From: Octopus bimaculoides
Lineage: Eukaryota
DNA: 32,928 nt
Assembly: GCF_001194135.2 (NCBI RefSeq)
Contig: NC_068992.1
Location: 5,768,547-5,801,474, forward strand
Reading direction: 5' to 3'
How positions within the stretch are numbered: the first letter of the stretch is position 1; each line of letters opens with the position of its first letter. Below the pieces are notes generated by a model that made no database searches, was not told the origin of the DNA, and saw only the letters and a program-made list of their open reading frames with translations. The position numbers were made by a program, and so were the translations under genes. Below are positions 23,751-32,928 of this stretch, piece after piece.

Positions 23751-24154
23751 TTAGTTATATATTTTGTTCTCTCCCTCTCTCACAGCAGTAGTTAAAACCT
23801 TCTGATGTTTTCGAAGCATCAATGTTGTTTATTCAGTGACAGAAACGGAACGAGTGTAGGAACAAAATACAAAGAGTGATACATTTTTTTCTCTTCTGAT
23901 TGTGTGAAAATTTTATTATATTTACTCGTAAGACTCAGAAAATGAAACAATTTAAAGAGAAAATTTTCCCATGTAGCAGATAGATGCCATTGTGTCCGTT
24001 GCAAGCATTCGGGCCATGTTACAGTTTGAAGATAACTTACCTACTTTCACACAACAAACAGAGAGGCCTTGAAATAATAAACATCGCAGTTACTGCCCTG
24101 TTACAGTGGTATAAATTTCTAATATTTCTATTACCCTTAGATATTATTAAGTAT

Positions 24155-24155
24155 G

Positions 24156-24221
<66 letters not shown>
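24155..24221. repeat. (TAGA)n microsatellite
   Basis: Perfect TAGA array. Confidence 0.98.
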
Positions 24222-24222
<1 letters not shown>

Positions 24223-24732
24223 GGTCGAATTCCTGTGACTTAACAAAAACTATAAACTATCCCTTTTACACTGCCAAGTCAATAGTCAGAATTCAGCAAA
24301 ACACATTTCGTTGATTTTGCCTCTATTCGTTAAATATTTTAATTATTTATTTCGCGATAATTGCTATTTAATATTAACTTAATGATATATCACTATGTCC
24401 ACCCATCTCTATCTCACACTTCTTCCTGTTTCATAGCTCATACATACACAAATGCATATGCGCTAGTAGTTGTTGTAATTGCGAGGGTTCCAAACTGTAA
24501 ATGAAACAATGTAATGCAAGTCTAAAATTAATGATTTAATGAGCCGTAGTGGAAAGAAGAGACATATGAGTAAATAGGATATTTAATTTACTAATTGAAA
24601 CTCCGCAAAGTGTTAGCTATATAACCACAAGTCAGCATTTATTTGTAGTAAATAGAAAGAGAATAAATACAAATTAGAATCAGTAGATATTTAACGAAAC
24701 GGTGTTTTAACCACCTCAACAGAAAAGGATTA

Positions 24733-24800
24733 TTTTGACAAGTTCAGCGCTTTTAATCGTTTCTATGAAGAAGCGATTAAAAGCGCTGAAAATGTCAAAA
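24733..24800. repeat. Near-perfect 32-bp inverted repeat with a 4-nt loop (hairpin)
   Basis: TTTTGACAAGTTCAGCGCTTTTAATCGTTTCT-ATGA-AGAAGCGATTAAAAGCGCTGAAAATGTCAAAA gives 29 Watson-Crick pairs, 1 G-U pair and a 2x2 internal loop. Confidence 0.95.
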
Positions 24801-26297
24801 GCTCTAAAATGCAAATAAAATAGTTAAACTTTGCTGTATGCACTTACACGACAAGAAATAAAATGGCATGTTCTAATTTACTGAGACATGTGAGATGTGC
24901 AGTAGGAAAAATTCTAATTTATAAAAGCACGTACCATTGTATTTTCGATGACGATTTTCTGCATAGATTTATGAACGCCAATCTTGGATATATCATGAAG
25001 CCAAAGTTTCTTTTTTCAGGCTGTTGTACCAAAGCTGATTAAGCCTCGTCCGCTATCCAAAAATGTTCCCTTTTATTATTATTTTTACTCGGCGCTTTTC
25101 TTTTTTATATTTAAAGCTAACTTACAGGAAGCGATTTTAGTAAACACAACTATAATATTACTTTTGGCACTTATTAACTTGGATTATGCGCAGAAGAAAT
25201 ATTAGTAGAAAACTTCCAGCTTCAAAGATAACAGCTGTCAACTGAAAGCTTATTAAGCTTTCAAAGCTGACAAGTTCAATAGAGTAATAGATAGGAGGAG
25301 AGGAAGAAGAAATAGTTTTCTGATGACCTCGACTTATGTTTGTAAACCTATATTTAAATCATGACTTGAATACTAATATATTGATTGGATAACAGTTAAA
25401 TCAATAGGAGAATATATCAAAATGTAAGTAGGTGAAAACAAAATAGCAACAACAAACAAAAAATATATAACATAAATCTTAACAAAAATGAAATTGATAG
25501 AAGTATGGAAAATGGTTATGTATGTTGAAGTAAAAGATAAAAAATAGCAAACATATTTCCTGAAACGAATATTAAAACACTCGAACTAAAAGTGTGCGAT
25601 GAACAAAAAGTTCCTTTGTAATTAAAACATGAAGACAACTTAAAAACAATTTAGAGTAAAATGGAAATAACAGGATGGCCAAAATATAAAACAAAACAAT
25701 AGTAACACCATGATCGGGCATTCACATCAAGAACAACAATATATATATATACTCCGATAACAATAAAACTATTCTACTAAATATTTATTCATTGACTAAG
25801 TCGCTTTGTCTTTGGTGACCAATTTTTGGTGCAATGACCTGTTACTTCTTTGATCTTTTGATGACCAAAAATTGGAGAGCCGAAATATCATTATTAAAGA
25901 ACCATTGATTCTTTACACAGACAGTAGGATAAATGTGTTATTTTTTATATTTCTTAGTCTTGTTTTTTAGGTGACGGAGGTGAATATTATTTTATTTTTT
26001 ATTTCAGATTTTTTTTATTTCCTTTTCTTTAACAGAGATGAATTTTTCGGCGTCACACAAGGACTAATTATAACAAAATCGATATGCAATAAAATAACTA
26101 TTGTGTGCACTCACACACAGATTACTCGACAAGCACACACACATACACACGCACTGACGCAGACACACGCGCAGACAGACACAAACACGTGCTCACACAA
26201 ACATAGGTAAAAACAGATAAATGCAAATATATACGTGTATTTATATATACGCCAGTGTACTGTTTAGTGCCCGTTCAAACTTTATTGTAGATATAGT

Positions 26298-26334
26298 ACC
26301 GTAGGGGCGTACACCGTAGGAGCGTACACCGTAG
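26298..26334. repeat. 15-bp CpG-rich minisatellite (2.5 copies)
   Basis: ACCGTAGGGGCGTAC / ACCGTAGGAGCGTAC / ACCGTAG. Confidence 0.9.
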
Positions 26335-26699
26335 TACGTAAATATGAAAATCCCAATATAACTACAATGTCTTGGATGAAATTATCTCTCTATACATGTT
26401 TATGTATGTGTGTATGTGTACATATATATATAATTCTATATATGTGCGTATGTGTGTGTGTGTGCACGTTTATATATGTGTGTATATATATATACATCTG
26501 AACCACACAGACACACACACGCACACACACAAAGACACACACAAACATATGTGCTTGTGTTTATATAGGAATACTTAAGCTCGGTTATCAGTTGTCCTTT
26601 TGAATTTTTTTCAGTACAATACACTCGATGCTAGGTTTACAATACATGTGCGTATATATGCATATACTCACATATTTATATATATATATATATATATAT

Positions 26700-27116
26700 N
26701 NNNNNNNNNNNNNNNNNNNNNNNNNNNNNNNNNNNNNNNNNNNNNNNNNNNNNNNNNNNNNNNNNNNNNNNNNNNNNNNNNNNNNNNNNNNNNNNNNNNN
26801 NNNNNNNNNNNNNNNNNNNNNNNNNNNNNNNNNNNNNNNNNNNNNNNNNNNNNNNNNNNNNNNNNNNNNNNNNNNNNNNNNNNNNNNNNNNNNNNNNNNN
26901 NNNNNNNNNNNNNNNNNNNNNNNNNNNNNNNNNNNNNNNNNNNNNNNNNNNNNNNNNNNNNNNNNNNNNNNNNNNNNNNNNNNNNNNNNNNNNNNNNNNN
27001 NNNNNNNNNNNNNNNNNNNNNNNNNNNNNNNNNNNNNNNNNNNNNNNNNNNNNNNNNNNNNNNNNNNNNNNNNNNNNNNNNNNNNNNNNNNNNNNNNNNN
27101 NNNNNNNNNNNNNNNN
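26700..27116. other. Assembly gap
   Basis: Run of N after (TA)n. Confidence 0.99.
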
Positions 27117-27724
27117 GGAGAAAAGTAACACAAAGGACGACCTTCATGAATTGTCGGCTGTCTATCTGCTGATTTCGAGCATTCAACGACAATATGAGTA
27201 TTCGAAGATATATATATATATATATATATATATAAACAACGCTTTAATCATACACACAAAATCAAAAGAATATTAATATAAACAAACTGATATTGTTGCT
27301 TTTATAAGCATTGAAATCGAAATGTATATTTTACGATACAAATAATGTGATAAACTTTAATTTTAAACGTAACGCAAGCAATAAGAAGAATCCAACCACA
27401 AACGTTGGTCTGCTCGAAAGAAGCAATATTTGTTGTCCTCCCTCCATATTGGAATTTTATTAATAAAGATGATGATGGGGATGACGATGCTGAAGATGAT
27501 GACGACGGCGACCACGATGACAAAGATGATGATAATATTAATGATGAAAATTAGGAGAATAGGTCTAAGTTTACTTTTGACTGGTCTTAAGAAACATATC
27601 TTAGGTATTAACAAAATCAAATGGACACACCCAAGGAAATATATACGTATGTACTTATGATTGTATACACACACACACATCTACAAACACATACATTATA
27701 TATAAACAGAGAGATGAATACATA

Positions 27725-27779
27725 AATAAATATATATATACATACATATATACATACATACATATACATATATACATAT

Positions 27780-27814
<35 letters not shown>

Positions 27815-28098
27815 NNNNNNNNNNNNNNNNNNNNNNNNNNNNNNNNNNNNNNNNNNNNNNNNNNNNNNNNNNNNNNNNNNNNNNNNNNNNNNNNNNNNNN
27901 NNNNNNNNNNNNNNNNNNNNNNNNNNNNNNNNNNNNNNNNNNNNNNNNNNNNNNNNNNNNNNNNNNNNNNNNNNNNNNNNNNNNNNNNNNNNNNNNNNNN
28001 NNNNNNNNNNNNNNNNNNNNNNNNNNNNNNNNNNNNNNNNNNNNNNNNNNNNNNNNNNNNNNNNNNNNNNNNNNNNNNNNNNNNNNNNNNNNNNNNNN

Positions 28099-28155
<57 letters not shown>

Positions 28156-28197
28156 TGTGTGTGTGTATGTGTGTGTGTGTGTGTGTATGTGTGTGTG
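27725..28197. repeat. Compound (TACATA)/(TA)/(TG) microsatellite spanning an assembly gap (27815-28098)
   Basis: TA-type arrays on both sides of an N-run, then a TG array. Confidence 0.95.
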
Positions 28198-29791
28198 CAT
28201 CTGTGTATGTTTGCAAATGTGTATTTATTTGCATTGTGTATATTCATTGGTTCGAACTGTAAATGTCTAGATTATATAGCGAAAATAAAGAATCTAATGT
28301 AAGAGATAGTTATTTTTTCTCCTCTTCTTTCTAAACAGATATTTATTAAAAAAAGAAGAAAAATGATGATAAGAAAAGGTCAAATGTGCCAAGAGAAAAG
28401 TTGCTCGCTGTAAACATTAATCAAAGAAAAGCTTTAGTATAAGACTGGCGGTTAGCCACAGTTTATCAGAGAATGTTTGGACAAAAGAAAGACTTACAGA
28501 CCCCTGCTTCTAAAACTGATTAACTTATAGAGTTATATTAAAGGCGAGAGATGAATGCGTTGTGTGACGTAGAGTGGTGTGGTATCGTTGAATTGTTCTG
28601 TCGGATGCCAATGGAAGGAAGGTGTATTGCAGTTAAAATAGGAAATTAATTCTATCACTGACACTACACAGAGTATTACAATCATTTTACAGGTATCTGA
28701 CATTGCCTTTAGTTCCACCAAAAACATTTATCATGTCTAAAAATTAATTCTATAGTCATTGCATCATCTCAGCAGTAATGCATCACTGCTGCATTACTAC
28801 TGTGTTACTACTGCCGCTACAGCAGCGTCTGTAGCTGAGACTGACATCACAACATCCTGTGTGTGTTCGTAATGATATATTAATAACAATGTAATAACTT
28901 ATATTTATATTGATATTAATACCAATGTGTTCATATATGTTATGACTTTCGTGACTCTGCTGCTATTATTGCTACTTTAGTTGCTGCTAGTGCCACCATT
29001 TCATCCGATAACTTTCTACTGCTGTTACCACTCTTGAAACTCCTTCTACTGCTGTTGCTATATAAAGGAGAGTTTATGATCCCTAGTATGGATCTGCGTG
29101 GCAACCAGTCCTCTGTGTCATAGCAATAAAAATCGCCATCTGATCACACGTCTACTGCTAAAAAATACAAAAAATAAAGCCGCGTCGTTACATAGCGTGT
29201 TACATATATCTCGTATGAGAAATAGATTGAACGATAACTGTTGCTGGGCCTTTCATCTCAGGACGATCCCGTCTGTCTCCGTCGATACCGATTTTAACCA
29301 TTAGCAACAATTCCAAAACGACATCATCAAATGTCAGTTACAGAAAATGAAATGCCAGATATCACGAGTATTATGAATAATTTTTCTTAACCATTAAGCA
29401 GCCGCTGACGCTTCTGCAGTTGCTGATGTTTGCCCTATAATAAATATCATTACTATACCAAGCTAATATACCCCTGTGATCGGAAGCATTTTAGGTAAGA
29501 TTGATATCTGTCTTATCATGTACTCCGAAGGCGGTAATCCTGTACATCTTGAGACCGCTGGAAAAAAGTATGTCCTTTATTTGTTCTGACACTTTATTTC
29601 TAAGTTGAAATCATTCAAATGACACGGAGGAGAACTGGCTTTGAAGCATTCTGTCTTTTTCTGAATTGCCCCTTTATATAACAGTATTATTTATTCTCAT
29701 GCTGATTTAGTCTGAGAATAATCCGTTGTCTCGTTAAATTTTTCCTGTATAATTTCCGCTGATTGAACAGCTGAATACATAACCCCTAGAC

Positions 29792-29806
29792 CAGCGGTTC
29801 TCAACC
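29792..29806 (+). mobile_element. hAT (Charlie-like) terminal inverted repeat remnant
   Basis: CAGCGGTTCTCAACC matches the CAG(T/C)GGTTCTCAA terminus of hAT-Charlie elements. It is preceded by CCCTAGAC, which fits the CTAG-centred 8-bp target preference. No downstream partner was found. Confidence 0.45.
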
Positions 29807-29924
29807 GCGAATTCCAGACACACAATTTTATTAATCCTCCAAACACTTTACCATAACTCATTTCTCTGCATCAAAACGGCTGCCATCCTGTGATGACTAA
29901 TTGGCGTAACTGCATAACACTTAT

Positions 29925-29929
<5 letters not shown>

Positions 29930-29975
<46 letters not shown>
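29930..29975. repeat. (TA)n microsatellite
   Basis: Perfect TA array. Confidence 0.97.
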
Positions 29976-29978
<3 letters not shown>

Positions 29979-30668
29979 TTTCTATTAAAATATTGTCATC
30001 ATACACACACATGTGCCACTTCTTTTCCAGCTCCAGAATCAAAATGCCAAATTTATAAATAGCATGTTAAAAACCTCTAAAATATTCTAAAATTTCGACA
30101 GTACAACATCGTCACTATCGCAAACAGTATATCTCCTGTTGTTGCATTATTGTCACTGGCTCAATGTCGCTGCCACCCCTACGATGCCAATGAAAAATAT
30201 TCCAAACTACCCACATTTACATGGAATTACAAACATACGAACGCTGTCAACACACTCACCATAGTATCCGAAACACTGCCTTTTATGTCCTCACAAAACA
30301 GCGGGGCCCCACAAGGTAGAGACACTACATCATCAGAACCAATATGACCGACTCCAATACCATTACAATCACCATCACTACCTCCTTACTGGTATCTCCA
30401 CCGAAGCAACTCTACCAACGCCAGCGTGAATATCACCAGACCCATCACCGCCACCACCATGCCACTTCAACCTTTACGTGTGTCATTGCAACTCACAATA
30501 TTTTATCTAATATTCTTCACAAATTACTTGGCAATATGTCTTGCCATTTCGTCCATACAGTCGATACAGCGTCCATTGAAATTTGTATGTATTTAACTAC
30601 AGTGTCAATACCACAGTGTGTATGTGCGTATGAAAATATATACGAACAGCTGTATACATGTATGAAAA

Positions 30669-30778
30669 TGTGTGTGTGCGTATGTGTGCGTGTGTGTGCG
30701 TATGTGCCTGTTTGTGTGTGTGTGTGCGTATGTGTGCGTGTGTGTGCGTATGTGCCTGTTTGTGTGTGTGTGTGTGTG
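30669..30778. repeat. Compound (TG)/(TGCG)/(TATG) tract with a 48-bp higher-order duplication
   Basis: The marker CCTGTTT occurs at 30707 and 30755, giving a 48-bp period. Confidence 0.9.
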
Positions 30779-32528
30779 TCCTCTTGCCTGCATATAGTTG
30801 TATATGAGTGTATAAATACCAACGTAACTATCAGCATGACGGATGCAATTGCTTGTTTCAACATTTGCTTTTGTGTTTCCATCACGTGTATATATGGCTT
30901 TGTAAATTTTTATGTGCATTTTTGTATAGAGATGCGTCTCTGCTTTCGCACTTGTCCGTGTGTCTGTATGTAGCTTTCTATATGCATCTGTGTAAGTTGT
31001 TAATATGAATAAATATGTTACTGTCTATGAGTTGTGTGTGTGAATATACGTAGCTCTGTGTTCGAGTCAGTATGCCGCTCGTGTATATATGCCATCTTTA
31101 TTAGTCTACTTTCAACACCTGGTCTACTATTCAAAACGTTTGTATTATACCACATTTTTTCTTTTTTCTTTCATTGTTGACACTGTAAAACAAAAATATA
31201 GACATTTAGTAACAGTGTTTAGACACATAATATAATAGCTCAAGTCTCTTCAGAGTAACTTCCATTCCTAACGGGCAGGGGATAAAATAATGTTGTTTTG
31301 TTTAAAACGGTCATAGCAAAGATATATTAACTTCCTTTATAAAATACTGTAATGGAAATTTCCTTCCTGAAACATGAATGTGAGGAAGACAAATATTTTG
31401 TAAGGATATAGACAAGGCCATTATTTAAGGTATTGAAATAGAGACAAATAGGTATAACATATATTACTACCAGCGGAGTTTAAGGTTATGTACAATGAAG
31501 TGTATAAAAAGAGAGGTTCAAAACTTTATTACTTCAAAAGAATCCATCTACCGCAAGACATATATAAGGTATTCCTGAAACCATTTTTTTATGTCGTTGA
31601 GATATAAAACTTTTGTCAAAATGATATATTCTTCTCAACAACTGAGAGAAGAGTGTCACTTATTTTCTTTTCTCGCCCCAGTGAAGGATGGAAGTCCTAG
31701 AAAATGGAACTTTAAACAGTTTGCGATGATATTTTTCATGGACGAATCATTCTGAATGTAATTTCGTATCTTCAGTTCATTAGTGCAATATTGGTCTACT
31801 TCGGTTCCTGATATTATTTTCAGGTGTAAATTAGTATGTAACTTTTTAAATAATACAGGCCGTTAATATTGACCCCGTTGTTTTTTTACCTCTGTCTTCT
31901 GTAACTTCTACGCAAAAAGAAATTCTTCCTGAGAATTACGCAACTGGTACATTTTTTTTTCAAAATGCAAGGATTTAACTCAACTGATGATAATGATTGA
32001 TTCGTCAGTTGTTTAGTACAACCAAGGTTTACATCTTCCATGCATCGCAAGTCGATCCTGTGACCCCTAAAATCTTTTCGGACAACTGATCTTCAATATG
32101 ATCCGATTTACCCACTTTTCTATAGGTAGTTTACGGATCTGTTTCCCTGTATTTTATTGATTAGCTTACAATGTGCAGCAGTGAATTGTAATAGTAATTG
32201 GTACATATCTTCAACGAAGAGGACATAGATATCGAATATCATATGAGCTAAACATGGAAATATCTGAATTTACTAAATATGTACAATGGTTTTCTGCCTT
32301 CCTCGTTCATTTTCTCTGTTGAATAAAAGGTTATATTCTGATAACTACTTTGAACCAACACTTCCTTAGCACAGAAATAGTAACAGAATTTTCATCTAAT
32401 GCTGGTCTAGATTAATTCAATGGCGACACGGTTTGCCACCGAGAACGATGTGTGGTCAACCAACAGAATATAAATCAGCACCTGACGCAAACAATATTAC
32501 AATATCAAACGCCAATGATAATGATTTA

Positions 32529-32567
32529 CCAGAATTTAACCCAGAATTAAACCCAGAATTAAACCCA
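32529..32567 (+). repeat. 12-bp tandem repeat (3 copies)
   Basis: CCAGAATTTAAC / CCAGAATTAAAC / CCAGAATTAAAC, in-frame PEFN-PELN-PELN within ORF 32433-32681. Confidence 0.92.
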
Positions 32568-32767
32568 ATAACATATTTCGATAAAGTAGTGGTGTACGAC
32601 GGTCGAGTTACCCATCAAGAAACACCTGGCACCCAAGCACATCAGAGCTGCTCAGTTAGATTTTTCTTGTTGGAATCGTAAATATGAAAGTGAAAACGTG
32701 TATTAGATGATGTTTATAGTACTTTTGCTTGAACAGAGATGTACTACTTCAAAGAAATGTAACTTAA

Positions 32768-32928
32768 GCGTGGCTGTGTGGTAAATAGCTTGCTTACCAT
32801 CCACATGGTTCAGGGTTCAGTCCCACTGCGTGGCACCTTGAGCAAGTGTCTTCTACTAAAGCCTGGGGCCGACCAAAGCCTTGTGAGTGGATTTCGTAGA
32901 CGGAAACTGAAAGAAGACTGTCGTATAT
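32768..32928 (+). mobile_element. tRNA-derived octopus-type SINE (CORE-like ACCTTG(A/G)GCAAG segment), running off the window end
   Basis: GCGTGGCTGTGTGGTAA (A-box-like), GGGTTCAGTCCC (B-box-like), GCACCTTGAGCAAGTGTCTTCTACT...GGCCGACCAAAGCCTTGTGAGTGGATTTCGTAGACGGAAACTGAAAGAAG. Homologous decayed copies lie at 7261-7475 and 12023-12492. Confidence 0.9.

Noticed and set aside
24043-24105. Minus-strand consensus donor TAG|GTAAGT after AVTAMFIISRPLCLLCES
   Set aside because: A single short segment with a mediocre acceptor. The PLCLLC resemblance to hAT zinc fingers is too weak.
30102-30973. ORFs of 65-209 aa in a C/A-rich region
   Set aside because: Degenerate ACC/CAT low-complexity sequence and (TG)n repeats are naturally poor in stop codons.
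32768-32830. Possible tRNA gene (also 12290-12356 and 22499-22530)
   Set aside because: A/B-box-like motifs lack a full cloverleaf and continue into SINE or Penelope bodies, so they are tRNA-derived heads and not tRNA genes.

Overview
This is an AT-rich, microsatellite-dense eukaryotic window from a fragmented short-read assembly, with nine N-gaps, most of them flanked by (TA)n or trinucleotide tracts. I recognise no intact protein-coding gene. The long ORFs in the track are artefacts of N-runs and simple repeats. The repeat content points to an octopus (coleoid cephalopod) genome: two tRNA-derived SINE families and a Penelope-like 3' end, recognised from memory and not by database search. 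The best-supported structures are: (1) a Penelope-like 3' fragment with a GIY-YIG C-terminus, a tRNA A-box-like remnant and a degenerate minimal hammerhead ribozyme; (2) a SINE nested in an older SINE with a 13-bp target-site duplication; (3) an apparently chimeric SINE; (4) a MITE-like element with perfect 24-bp inverted repeats; (5) a 32-bp-stem hairpin; (6) a diverged 128-bp direct repeat; (7) a possible solo LTR. Several isolated exon-like segments exist on both strands but remain unverified. Nothing here supports a confident claim of a novel biological system.
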